A stretch of DNA of 64,000 nucleotides from Gemmatimonadaceae bacterium (GTDB taxonomy: Bacteria > Gemmatimonadota > Gemmatimonadetes > Gemmatimonadales > Gemmatimonadaceae). The stretch lies in contig JBJMOW010000002.1 of the NCBI GenBank assembly GCA_045803545.1, positions 128,001-192,000 on the forward strand, written 5' to 3'. The notes under the pieces were generated by a model. The model saw only the letters and a program-made list of their open reading frames with translations, did no database searches and was not told the DNA's origin. This document shows, piece after piece, positions 20,854-30,398 of the stretch; the first letter of the stretch is position 1, and every line of letters begins with the position of its first letter. The position numbers and the translations under genes are program-made.

Positions 20854-21600
20854 CTACTCGGTTGGTGCCGGCGCCAGGAATATGCGGTCGCTGATCTTGG
20901 CGTAAATGCGATCGTAAAGGAGCTTGCCCTTTTCGGCAGAGGCCAGCGAAGGGCGGCCGATGGATCCCGCGCTTCCGCTCGGGACGGTCAGCCACCCGCG
21001 TCGGTACCGACGTAGCTGCTCGCGGGACATCATGTAGTCCTGTGCGAGATCCAGATTCACCATTTCCGGCTGCAGGAACAGCATGATCGAGGTGTCGACT
21101 TCATCTCCGTGCATCGCTTCGCGCTGACCTTCCAGCAGATCGGAGAGATTGACGCCAAAAATGTCTACGACTCTGACGCGGGCCGCAGTCGTGATTACCG
21201 TTGCGAGTGCTTCCTGATGTGGATCGTGCCCGTGCGCCGTCAGCAGAATGAATTCGCGAACGCCCGTCGCCTCCCAGGAGTCGATCAGATCGTTGAGCAT
21301 CCGATGCAGCGTCTTTTTGCGCAGCGATGCGTTGCCGGTAAACCCGCGCTCCGTATCGACGTTGACTCCGTACTCCACCGTCGGAGCGCGCAAGACGCCA
21401 TATTCTGCGGACAGATCATCGGCCATGCGCTCGACGATGATGGTGTCGACGCCAAGCGGGAGATGAGGTCCGTGCTGCTCACACGTGCCGATGGGTATGA
21501 TAAGACGCGGATCATTGCCGAGCGCAGCGGTGACCTGTGCCGGGTTCAGCTCCTTTACGCGGAGCGCACCTGTTGTCGGAAGTGGGGAGGGAAGGCTCAT
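20854..21600 (-). CDS. Creatininase/MftE-family amidohydrolase
   Basis: IPIGTCEQHGPHLPLGVDT, LLTAHGHD, HGDEVDTS, GRPSLASAEKG. Confidence 0.85.
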   Translation of the reverse strand: MSLPSPLPTTGALRVKELNPAQVTAALGNDPRLIIPIGTCEQHGPHLPLGVDTIIVERMADDLSAEYGVLRAPTVEYGVNVDTERGFTGNASLRKKTLHRMLNDLIDSWEATGVREFILLTAHGHDPHQEALATVITTAARVRVVDIFGVNLSDLLEGQREAMHGDEVDTSIMLFLQPEMVNLDLAQDYMMSREQLRRYRRGWLTVPSGSAGSIGRPSLASAEKGKLLYDRIYAKISDRIFLAPAPTE

Positions 21601-21652
21601 CGCGTCGAGTCGTAGACTCAATCTAAGAAGTGGCCGGTTCGCCCGCGGCGCA

Positions 21653-24600
21653 ATGCTCGCCGCGGGCGCGGTTCCGCTGCTCCTCATCGCGCTCTGGGTC
21701 AGAACCCCCACTCTCCCGCGCACCGCGGGGGGCGGCAGCGGAAACGGCGCCGAGTCACTCAATGCGGCTGAGGGAGCGATTCGAGCTTTGGAGCGAGCGC
21801 TCGACGAAACACGAACGCGATTGGCGACACAGGCAAGCTCGGCACTGGATGCGCCAACTGATCCCGCGGTCGCATTTGATTATCTCGCAAAGCGATCTAC
21901 GGTTCGGGAAGGCGAGGCGATTGTGCTTTACAGCGACAATCAACCAATCGCATGGACCGGCGCGATGCGCACCGATCCTGAATCGCTTAGGGCTCCAATT
22001 TCTGTAACGTTCAGTCCCTTCTATACCACGCTTAACGTCGTCGCCACGCGTGGCCCGCGACGCGCGGTGGCTTCGGCCGTGCTCGAGGCGTTTCCTCCAG
22101 CCGATCGATTCACCCAAACACTCGAGAACCTTCTCGCGGCGCAGCAGGGCGTGACCGGATACGATTTCTCCCCGCCGACTAATGCCCGCGGCGGACCGAT
22201 TGTCCTGACGGCTGAGAAAGCGCCGATCGTGCGCGCAATTCCGCGACTCGCCACGCCTGAAGAAATGCGTTTTCGACGCGCTTCGTCTCTGCGCGCGGGC
22301 GGTACCATTGGCCTGGTCATCCTCGCCCTGGCTTTTCTGTTCTTTGCATGGCGTAGCAGCCGTCGGCAGCTCGCACCACGGCTGTTCGCAATCGCGATCG
22401 CTCTCGTCGTCACCGCTCTCGTACCGTGGAGCTCCTTCTCTAATACCTCGCGGCTGTTCGATCCGGCGTTCTACTTTGCAAAGCTGGCTGGCCCGCTGAC
22501 CGCTAACGCAGCGGCACTCTCCATCAGCTCCGCACTTATTCTGCTCGCAGTTTATGCAGTGATCCGCGCGGTTCCTGATCCGCGGTGGCCACGGTGGTAC
22601 GCCGTCGTCGGCGTGATCATCACCCTGGGCATAGGCATTCCGTTCGCCTCCAACATCGTCCGCGGCATCGGCCAGCCACCATGGGGAACGACGCCGGGGT
22701 TGTGGCTGACGTGGGAAGTGCCGCTTTTCGTTTTCCTGTTCGCGGTGCTTCTGCTCGCGTTCTGGCTGACGCGCATTGCTTTGCGGACTGAAGATCGAAT
22801 GGGGTTTAATGCGGTGCTGATTGTCGGAGTCATCGCCGCAATTGTCAGCCTCACTGCTCTCGCGTCGACGACGTCGCGCCAGCGAATGCAGCTCGGTGAG
22901 GAAGATGTCGCAGGGCTCGGTCATGTCGACGATTACGCTGTGCAACTCACCCGTCGCCTGGTCAGCTCGCTTGCCGGAACACCGCAACCGGTCACTCGCG
23001 CCGATTTGCTGAAGACCTACGCCAGCTCCGACCTCGCGGCGGCAGAGTACCCGGCGACGCTTGCGGCGTGGGATAAATCCGGACGCGAAATTTCCGAGCT
23101 GGCGACTGTCCCTGCTCTCAGCGATTCCGGGACGCTTACCAGCGCTGTTCGCGAAGCCCTTGTCGCGCAACAGCCGGTGCTGCGTAGCGTTCTCGGGCCG
23201 ACTGGCGTGCAGGTTCTGGCGGCGTTCGCAGACTCGACTGGGGCGACCTCAATCCTCGTGATGCCGCGTACACGCCTGCTCGCGACCGATCCGTACGCGG
23301 CGCTGCTTGGCATGGCCCCTCCCGCGGGCGGTGACCCACCGTATTTCGTCGTTCTAACTGACGTGTCGCCAGCAGTCGTCGCTGACACCCTGCGTGTGCG
23401 CTGGCATCGCACCGGCGACGAGCTGCATGGAGATCGTTTGATCTCGACGAGTTCGGGGACGATGCGCGCTCATGTTGAAATCGATCTGCGCTCCGTGTGG
23501 GCTCGCGGCGAGCGCGGGGTTCTCATCCTGTTGCTCGATTTACTGGTGGCTGGATTCCTCTGGCTATTGGGTGCAGTAGTCGAGAAAGGATTCGCGCGGT
23601 GGCTGCGCGTCCGTGCGGGACGGTGGATCTACACATACCATGCGAGACTGACGCTCGCCCTGTTCGCGTTCTTCGTCATCCCGGCGATCGCCTTCGCGCT
23701 GTGGTCGTACGAGCGCCTTCGCAGCGATGATCTCCAAACGCGCGAGGTGCTGGTGCATGAAACCTTACGAGCAGTTGTCTCGGGAAATGAGTATCAACAA
23801 CTGCCTGGCGCGTCGCGGCGGTTCGAGACGCCGCTATTTCTGTACACTAATAGTATGCTCGCCCAAACGAGCGATACTCTGCTCGACGTGCTGTCGCCAA
23901 TAGGCCGGCCGCTGCCGCCACCGGTTCAGCTTCGTTTGGGGACTGCCGGCGAAGTCGACGCGGCGTGGGAAACACAGCTCGGCGCGGCACGAATGCTCTT
24001 CGGATTTACGACCGCGCAAAGTCCGGCGCAGCAGCACTATGTATTGGCGGCGCCGGCGCGCAGCGATGATCTGACGCTCGATCGTCGGCGGCGAGATCTT
24101 GGAATTCTCGTGCTCTTCGCGACCGCAGCTGGTGCACTCGCTGCACTATGGTTGAGCGGCATCGCGGCGAGGCGACTGGCAGTTGACCTCGAGCTGAGCA
24201 GAATCGAAGTGGCGCGCGCGGAGCGTGTTTTGGCGTGGGGTGAAATGGCGCGGCAGATTGCGCACGAGATCAAGAATCCATTGACGCCGATCCGACTCGG
24301 CGTCCAGCACTTACGACGCGCCCGATCGGATCCGCGGCGAGATTTCGACGAAGTGCTGAACGAAAACGTCGGCCGCATCCTCGCGGAAATCGACCGCCTC
24401 GACGAAATCGCGCGATCTTTCAGCAGATACGGGAGCGCTCCAGCCGATCTGCCGTCGGCCGAGGCAGTCGATGTCGCAGCGGTCGTGAAGGACGTGGTCG
24501 GTCTCGAGCAAATGGGCGATCGCACGATCAAATGGCAGCTTCGTGGCGCGGATCGGCCTAGCTGGGCGATGGCGCGCAAGGACGAGATGCGCGATGTATT

Positions 24601-24892
24601 GCTGAATATCTTCGAGAACGCGCGACTCGCCGCGGCGCGACGCGTCGAGATCACGGTGCGTGAAGAAGAGCGCAAGGTGACGATCGTGACTGTCGACAAC
24701 GGCTCGGGTATTCCCGCGGCTGTGATGCCGAGGATCTTCGAGCCACATTTTTCAACGCGGACAACCGGTAGTGGACTCGGACTCGCGGTTACTCGAAGGC
24801 TGATCGAGTCGTGGGGAGGCGAGATTGCAATTACAAGTGAGGAAGGAATGGGCACGCGAGTGTTGATCGTATTGATGCGGAGCGAGCCTTGA
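21653..24892 (+). CDS. Large multi-pass sensor histidine kinase (NtrY-like H-box)
   Basis: WGEMARQIAHEIKNPLTPI (H), LNIFENA (N), DNGSGI (G1), IFEPHFST (F), GSGLGL (G2); many TM segments; start codon uncertain. Confidence 0.88.
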   Translation: MLAAGAVPLLLIALWVRTPTLPRTAGGGSGNGAESLNAAEGAIRALERALDETRTRLATQASSALDAPTDPAVAFDYLAKRSTVREGEAIVLYSDNQPIAWTGAMRTDPESLRAPISVTFSPFYTTLNVVATRGPRRAVASAVLEAFPPADRFTQTLENLLAAQQGVTGYDFSPPTNARGGPIVLTAEKAPIVRAIPRLATPEEMRFRRASSLRAGGTIGLVILALAFLFFAWRSSRRQLAPRLFAIAIALVVTALVPWSSFSNTSRLFDPAFYFAKLAGPLTANAAALSISSALILLAVYAVIRAVPDPRWPRWYAVVGVIITLGIGIPFASNIVRGIGQPPWGTTPGLWLTWEVPLFVFLFAVLLLAFWLTRIALRTEDRMGFNAVLIVGVIAAIVSLTALASTTSRQRMQLGEEDVAGLGHVDDYAVQLTRRLVSSLAGTPQPVTRADLLKTYASSDLAAAEYPATLAAWDKSGREISELATVPALSDSGTLTSAVREALVAQQPVLRSVLGPTGVQVLAAFADSTGATSILVMPRTRLLATDPYAALLGMAPPAGGDPPYFVVLTDVSPAVVADTLRVRWHRTGDELHGDRLISTSSGTMRAHVEIDLRSVWARGERGVLILLLDLLVAGFLWLLGAVVEKGFARWLRVRAGRWIYTYHARLTLALFAFFVIPAIAFALWSYERLRSDDLQTREVLVHETLRAVVSGNEYQQLPGASRRFETPLFLYTNSMLAQTSDTLLDVLSPIGRPLPPPVQLRLGTAGEVDAAWETQLGAARMLFGFTTAQSPAQQHYVLAAPARSDDLTLDRRRRDLGILVLFATAAGALAALWLSGIAARRLAVDLELSRIEVARAERVLAWGEMARQIAHEIKNPLTPIRLGVQHLRRARSDPRRDFDEVLNENVGRILAEIDRLDEIARSFSRYGSAPADLPSAEAVDVAAVVKDVVGLEQMGDRTIKWQLRGADRPSWAMARKDEMRDVLLNIFENARLAAARRVEITVREEERKVTIVTVDNGSGIPAAVMPRIFEPHFSTRTTGSGLGLAVTRRLIESWGGEIAITSEEGMGTRVLIVLMRSEP

Positions 24893-26673
24893 GCGGAGGA
24901 GTGAGTCGCGGCGTAGTCACACCGCGCGCGACGAAAGTTCTGCCCCCGCACATCATGGAGTGGCAGCTACCGCCGGACTGGAGCTGGGGTCCGGGCGGAA
25001 TGGTCGGCGACTATCGTCACTACCAGGAGGTGCTCGATGCGCTCGGCCGATCGCTCTCGCTCGTAACTGCTCCTGATCCAGCGCACGCGGATTGGCTATT
25101 CGAGGAGGCGAAGCAGCTCGCGCATCGGAGCCATCCTTCGATCCCGACGACGTATCACTACTGGACTTTCTATCGTGAGGGACGTCGCGGCCCCGGCTAT
25201 CTGCGCCGGTGGATCACCGGTGAAACGTTGCGGGCGCGGTTGGCCCGGCTTGGTCTCGCCGACATTCCGTACGTATTTCAAATGCTGCGCGGCGCGTGTT
25301 CGACGCTCGCTTATCTGCACGAGACGGGGATAGCTCACGGGGGACTCAATGGTGACGCGTTATGGACGACGCCAACCGGTCGGCTGTGGATGTTGGAATG
25401 GCAGTGGGCAGTGCCACGCGCGATGATTCCGCCAGGCGTAAAGCCGGGCAGCGGACCACTCGATCTGCGGTCGGGTGATACGACGCGACCGCTGCGAGCA
25501 GAGCTGTCGTTGATGCCGCCGGAGTGGGATGGAAGAGATTGGGCACCGACGCCCGCCAGCGATCAGTGGCAGCTCGCTGCGATGTGCTTCACCGCGCTGA
25601 GCGGCGAGCAGCCGCCGATGGTGGGAGTACCGCCGATCAAGCTGGTCCGACCAGAGACTCCCGAAGCGCTGGCGACAGCGCTCGATCGTGCGCTGTCGCC
25701 GAACCCGGACGATCGATTCCCGTCGGTTGCGGTGCTATTGCGTGCTGTGGAGCGCGGCGATCCGTCGCGCTCGGTTGCAATGGTTCGCGGCGAGCCAGAT
25801 CGAAGCGTCGGTGATTCGGGTGAAGCGCGGGTTCGATGGGCGGTCGGAGACGATTACGAGATTTTATCGAGACTAGGTGTCGGCGCGTTTGGGACGGTGT
25901 GGCGAGCGCGTGATTTGTCACTAGAGCGCGAGGTGGCGCTCAAGGCTTTGCATCCATCGATCGCGCGCGATGACAAGGCAGTCCGCGCGTTCTGGCGCGA
26001 AGCGAGACTTGCCGCGCAGTTGGCGCATCCGGCGATCGTTCCGATTTACGACTGGGATTCGAGCGGTGATCTGGCTTGGTACACCATGGAGCTTGCGGAG
26101 GAGGGAAGTGTAGCGAGCCTGGTCGCCCGCTCCGGACCGCGACAGATCAACGAAATCGCGACGCAGGTCGAACAGATCATTGATGCACTGGTAGTCGCGC
26201 ATGCGAACGGCATTCTCCATCGCGACCTGAAGCCTGAGAACATTCTCATCGATCGTTATCAGCGGTGGCGCATCACCGACTTCGGTATCGCGAACGTTAC
26301 GGGCGAAGAAGCTCCGGGCACTACGGGCACGCCAGCCTTCGCGGCGCCTGAGCAGCTTCTGGGAGAGCCGCAAGGTCCCGCCGCTGATTATTTCGCGCTG
26401 GCGGGTATCGTTTATTTCGCGCTGACGGGCGACGTACCTTTTGGCGAAGACGATGCGAAAGCAATACTTGGCAGACAGCTGAATGAAAGCGCCGATCTCG
26501 CACCATTTCCGAGCGTAATGGTGGCCTGGTTTCGAACCGCTTTTGCAGCGCGACCGGAGGACCGTTTTGCCGACGGAACCGCAATGAAGGAAGCGTGGAA
26601 ATCCGCCTCTGACAAAGTCTTGGCGCGACAGCGCGGGTCCTGGTGGCGTCGCAAGGGAACAAAAAGGCCGTAA
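24889..26673 (+). CDS. Hanks-type Ser/Thr kinase with an N-terminal degenerate kinase domain
   Basis: C-terminal half has GVGAFG, VALK, HRDLKPEN, DFG, GTPAFAAPE; N-terminal half has kinase-like remnants. Confidence 0.88.
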   Translation: MSGGVSRGVVTPRATKVLPPHIMEWQLPPDWSWGPGGMVGDYRHYQEVLDALGRSLSLVTAPDPAHADWLFEEAKQLAHRSHPSIPTTYHYWTFYREGRRGPGYLRRWITGETLRARLARLGLADIPYVFQMLRGACSTLAYLHETGIAHGGLNGDALWTTPTGRLWMLEWQWAVPRAMIPPGVKPGSGPLDLRSGDTTRPLRAELSLMPPEWDGRDWAPTPASDQWQLAAMCFTALSGEQPPMVGVPPIKLVRPETPEALATALDRALSPNPDDRFPSVAVLLRAVERGDPSRSVAMVRGEPDRSVGDSGEARVRWAVGDDYEILSRLGVGAFGTVWRARDLSLEREVALKALHPSIARDDKAVRAFWREARLAAQLAHPAIVPIYDWDSSGDLAWYTMELAEEGSVASLVARSGPRQINEIATQVEQIIDALVVAHANGILHRDLKPENILIDRYQRWRITDFGIANVTGEEAPGTTGTPAFAAPEQLLGEPQGPAADYFALAGIVYFALTGDVPFGEDDAKAILGRQLNESADLAPFPSVMVAWFRTAFAARPEDRFADGTAMKEAWKSASDKVLARQRGSWWRRKGTKRP

Positions 26674-26720
26674 GCTTCGCTGCCACAGTCAGCTACGCAT
26701 TTTCAGGGGACGTCTCTAAC

Positions 26721-26736
26721 TGGCGTGGCACTTGCA
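26721..26736 (+). promoter_or_regulatory. Putative sigma-54 (-24/-12) promoter upstream of the OmpA-like gene
   Basis: TGGCGTGGCACTTGCA has GG-N10-GC and is close to TGGCAC-N5-TTGCA. Confidence 0.6.
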
Positions 26737-26989
26737 AGCCGTCTTGACCACGACGAGAACGGATACCGTTGTCACAAATCGGCGGGGTGTGACTAATGTT
26801 TGTCGCACCGTTTTTAGCGGCGTGCATCACTAGCGTCCCCGCAAAGATTTGCTAGTTTGTCCGATTGTGAGGGGAGAGGGTCTGAAGAGTGCAATTGCAT
26901 TCACTGGGCATACATCCTGCCTCACGAGCGCGACGTGCAACCGCGGTAACCGCTGTAAAAGTATCTCCACCTTTTCAGAGGAACCAATC

Positions 26990-28711
26990 ATGTTGAGAAG
27001 AAGTTGGACCGTCTGCGCGATGACGGCCTTACTCCTCGGCGGAACGGCGGCAGCACAGTCGCCCGGTACGTTGCTGGTGGGAGGCTTCGTTTCGTGGACG
27101 CACTTCGATAGCAAATGGGGGCTGGACACCGGCTTTGGCAATTCCATCGGTTACGGCGGACGTGTTGGTGCGTTCATCGCGCCAAACTGGAATCTCGAAG
27201 CCGACGGCCAATACATCCCCGCCCAAGCGGCGACTGGCACTGACTACGCGGGCCTTGGCGTCCCGGGTGGAGATGTCAAAGGAAGCAACCTTTCTGCGCG
27301 TCTGGTTTACAGCTTTCCGCTCGGCAACCTCCCGTCGATCCACATCGGAGCCGGTGGAGTTCTCCAGAACTTCCGCGGTGCTGAGAATGCTGGCGGCGCG
27401 ACCTATCAGTTCGGTGCCAACGGCCTCGCGGGATTCAACCTCGGGTTCGGTGGTGTCTCGCTGCGTGTAGATGGTTTGCTGAACTACTTCCCATCGAACG
27501 GTGGCAAGTTCGATTTCGGCGCTCAGGCGGGTTTGCAGATCTCGCCTGACCTGCGCAACCTGTTTGGCGGCGGTGCGACTTCGAATCCAGTCATGTATGC
27601 ACCGTACCAGTGGTGGGATGAGATGGATGCTCCGCTTCCCGGAACCGTTGAACTCGGCGGGTTCGTGCAGTGGACATGGTTCGATGACAACGCCGGCAGT
27701 GAGGGACGTGCAATCGCAGAAGACGGCCTCGGTTACGGCGGTCGCCTCGGTGTTTTCCTCTCTGACCCACGTTGGGAACTCGAAGGCGACGGCTACTACT
27801 CGCCGCAGAGCAACGAGTTCGCGAGCCAGGTCGGCGCTCCGACCGACGTCAATGCGCATGCTTTCGCGATGCGCCTGAATTACAACTTCCCGTTCCGTTT
27901 CCTGACGAGCCGGCAGAGCCAGTTCATCATCGGTGCGGGTGGCGTTCGCACGAGCTACAAGTTCAAGGGCGGAATCACCCCACCTGAGGACAGCTACAGC
28001 TACAACTACGGCGCCAGCGGTCTCGTTGGTCTGCGTCTTGGCATCGCCAATCGTACGGCACTTCGTATCGATGGCGTGGTCGACTACATGCCGACTCACG
28101 ATCCCGATGCGAACATGAACCTTCACGTTCGCGGTGGATTGAGCTTCCTGTTGGGTGGTGCGCGTCCGGAGGTTATGTGCACGTACGCCGGCCTCGAGAG
28201 CATTCCAGCTTCGAGTCCGAACTGCGTCGCTCCGCCCCCGCCGCCTCCGCCACCACCGCCGCCGGCAATGTGCCAGTACAACTCGGCCATTACGGCTACC
28301 GATCCGGCATGCGTGCCGCCGCAGGCATTGGTCGACACGACCAAGATCACTGGCCCGATCTACTTCGACTTCGACAAGTCGACGATCAGACCGGATGCGG
28401 CTGCAACACTCGACGCGAAGATTCCATGGCTGCAGGCTAACCCGGGAATGCGGATTCGTATCGAGGGTAACGCTGACGAGCGTGGATCCGATGAGTACAA
28501 CCTGGCCCTCGGCCAGCGCCGCGCGGCAAGCGCCAAGCGGTACCTCGTCGACCACGGCATTGCAGCAGATCGCTTCGACCTCGTGTCGTACGGCGAGGAG
28601 CGCCCGGTTTGCACCGAGCACAACGAAGCCTGCTGGCAGCAGAACCGCCGCGATGACTTCCGTATCGTGACGATCGGCAGCGACAGGATCGTAGTACCAC
28701 CGCAGGAATAA
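26990..28711 (+). CDS. OmpA/Pal-family outer membrane protein with two tandem beta-barrel repeats
   Basis: GAGGA RBS, signal peptide, two internal repeats, poly-Pro linker, C-terminal IYFDFDKS..IEGNADERGSDEYNLALGQRRA..SYGEERP..NRR. Confidence 0.9.
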   Translation: MLRRSWTVCAMTALLLGGTAAAQSPGTLLVGGFVSWTHFDSKWGLDTGFGNSIGYGGRVGAFIAPNWNLEADGQYIPAQAATGTDYAGLGVPGGDVKGSNLSARLVYSFPLGNLPSIHIGAGGVLQNFRGAENAGGATYQFGANGLAGFNLGFGGVSLRVDGLLNYFPSNGGKFDFGAQAGLQISPDLRNLFGGGATSNPVMYAPYQWWDEMDAPLPGTVELGGFVQWTWFDDNAGSEGRAIAEDGLGYGGRLGVFLSDPRWELEGDGYYSPQSNEFASQVGAPTDVNAHAFAMRLNYNFPFRFLTSRQSQFIIGAGGVRTSYKFKGGITPPEDSYSYNYGASGLVGLRLGIANRTALRIDGVVDYMPTHDPDANMNLHVRGGLSFLLGGARPEVMCTYAGLESIPASSPNCVAPPPPPPPPPPPAMCQYNSAITATDPACVPPQALVDTTKITGPIYFDFDKSTIRPDAAATLDAKIPWLQANPGMRIRIEGNADERGSDEYNLALGQRRAASAKRYLVDHGIAADRFDLVSYGEERPVCTEHNEACWQQNRRDDFRIVTIGSDRIVVPPQE

Positions 28712-28723
28712 GCACCTTTCCTT

Positions 28724-28797
28724 GACCAGCCTCCCTTCCCGGGAGGCCTGGTCGGGGGACAGAAGGCGGGGCATTCGAAAGGATGCCCCGCCTTTCT
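28724..28797. terminator. Twin hairpins; the second is a probable intrinsic terminator between convergent genes
   Basis: GACCAGCCTCCC..GGGAGGCCTGGTC (28724-28753) and AAGGCGGGGCATTC-GAAA-GGATGCCCCGCCTT-TCT (28763-28797). Confidence 0.75.
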
Positions 28798-28859
28798 GCG
28801 TCTCTGAGGGCCGCGGATTCTATGCTATCAGCTACTGGCGAAGTGGTTCGCTGTTGTCC

Positions 28860-30398
28860 TCAGCTCGCAGCAGGGCCATCGATCTTGTGCGTAATCGGCC
28901 GGTAGCGCAGCGCCTCCGCGATGTGCGCCGACGCGACAGACGTTGACACCTCAAGATCGGCAATCGTGCGCGCGACTTTCAACACTCGATGATAGCCGCG
29001 CGCCGATAAACCAAGGCGCTCGGCGGCAGTTTGCAGCAGCGCGCGCGCATCGGCGTCGATTTCGCCGCTGGCGTCGAGCCAGCGCCCGCTCGCAAATGCG
29101 TTGCAGGACACACCTGGCATTTTGCGATACCGCTTGTGTTGTCGCTCTCGCGCGCTCTCAACTCGCGTGCGGATCGTGGCCGACGCTTCGCTTCCGTTCT
29201 TTGCACTGAGATCTCGCAGCGCTACCGCGCCGACTGTCACGTGCATATCGATGCGGTCGCTCAATGGACCCGATATACGACCGGCGTACGACTCGATGTC
29301 TACGCTCGAGCAAGTGCACGTGCCCGTTGGATCACCAGCGCGACCACATGGACAGGGGTTCGTCGCGCCAATCAGCGTAAACCGCGCGGGGAATGCTACG
29401 GCTTGTGCCGCGCGCGCAATCACCACGCGCGCGTCCTCGAGCGGCTGCCTGAGACCATCAAGTACGTGTCGTGGGAACTCGAGCATCTCATCGAGAAACA
29501 GCACGCCATGATGAGCGAGGCTGACTTCACCCGGTCGGGGAATCGAGCCACCGCCAATCAGGCCCGCAGTCGAGATCGTATGGTGCGGTGCGCGGAACGG
29601 CCGCGCCGCGTGGCTCACACCGTTTTGCCCGAGCAAACCGGCAACTGAGTGTATCGCGATCACCTCGAGTGCCTCGTCCTCACGCAGCTCGGGGAGAATC
29701 GTCGGAATTCGTCGGGCCAGCATCGTCTTACCGGCTCCCGGCGGCCCGACCAGAAGCACATTGTGTCCGCCGGCTGCGGCAACCTCCAAGGCGCGCTTTG
29801 CAGAATGCTGTCCGACTACCTCCGAAAAATCCGCACTCGGCGTCGCCTCCTCAGGTGTTTGGATCCCGGAGCGCGCTCGCGTCAGTGCGCCGCCATGTAA
29901 CTCTGCCACCAGCTCGTATAACATGCGCGGCGCGCTCAGGCAAAGCGCACTTACGCGCGCTGCTTCCGCGACATTCGCGCGAGGGAGAACTAGTGTTGAG
30001 ACGCCGACCCGGTGCGCGTGACGAGCGACGGAGAGCGCGCCGCGCACTGTCCTGATCTCGCCGTCGAGGCCGAGCTCACCGACGAACATTAGCCGCTCGA
30101 TCGACTCGGTCGCGAGTTGTCCTGTCGCTGCGAGAATGCCGATCGCGATTGGCAAATCGAATGCGGTGCCGTCTTTCCGCATGTCGGCAGGGGCGAGATT
30201 AACAGTGATGCGACGCGGGGGAACTTTGAAACCGGAGTTGATGAGCGCCGCTCCGACACGCTCGCGACTTTCCTTTACCGCGCTCGTCGCAAGACCGACG
30301 ATGGTCCACTGGGGTAGTCCCTGCGCCGCGTCGACCTCGACGATGACCTCATACGCATCGATACCGACCAGCGCGGCAGATCTGACAGCGGCGAGCAC
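28860..30398 (-). CDS. comM: YifB/ComM Mg-chelatase-like AAA+ ATPase
   Basis: VKESRERV, NLAPADMRKDG, GPPGAGKTMLARR, FRAPHHT, HGVLFLDE, NPCPCG, SARGYHRVLKVARTIADL. Confidence 0.92.
   Translation of the reverse strand: MLAAVRSAALVGIDAYEVIVEVDAAQGLPQWTIVGLATSAVKESRERVGAALINSGFKVPPRRITVNLAPADMRKDGTAFDLPIAIGILAATGQLATESIERLMFVGELGLDGEIRTVRGALSVARHAHRVGVSTLVLPRANVAEAARVSALCLSAPRMLYELVAELHGGALTRARSGIQTPEEATPSADFSEVVGQHSAKRALEVAAAGGHNVLLVGPPGAGKTMLARRIPTILPELREDEALEVIAIHSVAGLLGQNGVSHAARPFRAPHHTISTAGLIGGGSIPRPGEVSLAHHGVLFLDEMLEFPRHVLDGLRQPLEDARVVIARAAQAVAFPARFTLIGATNPCPCGRAGDPTGTCTCSSVDIESYAGRISGPLSDRIDMHVTVGAVALRDLSAKNGSEASATIRTRVESARERQHKRYRKMPGVSCNAFASGRWLDASGEIDADARALLQTAAERLGLSARGYHRVLKVARTIADLEVSTSVASAHIAEALRYRPITHKIDGPAAS

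Noticed and set aside
21755..23170. 471-aa antisense ORF over the histidine kinase, and similar shadows (6033-6680, 49860-51131, 55322-56419)
   Set aside because: Arg/Ala-rich non-protein-like composition and full overlap with well-supported genes
27029..28774. 581-aa antisense ORF over the OmpA gene
   Set aside because: In-register antisense shadow expected from biased codon usage in high-GC DNA; no recognisable motifs
28860..30398. comM as an integration site for mobile elements
   Set aside because: Gene is intact and no integrase or att-like repeats were seen
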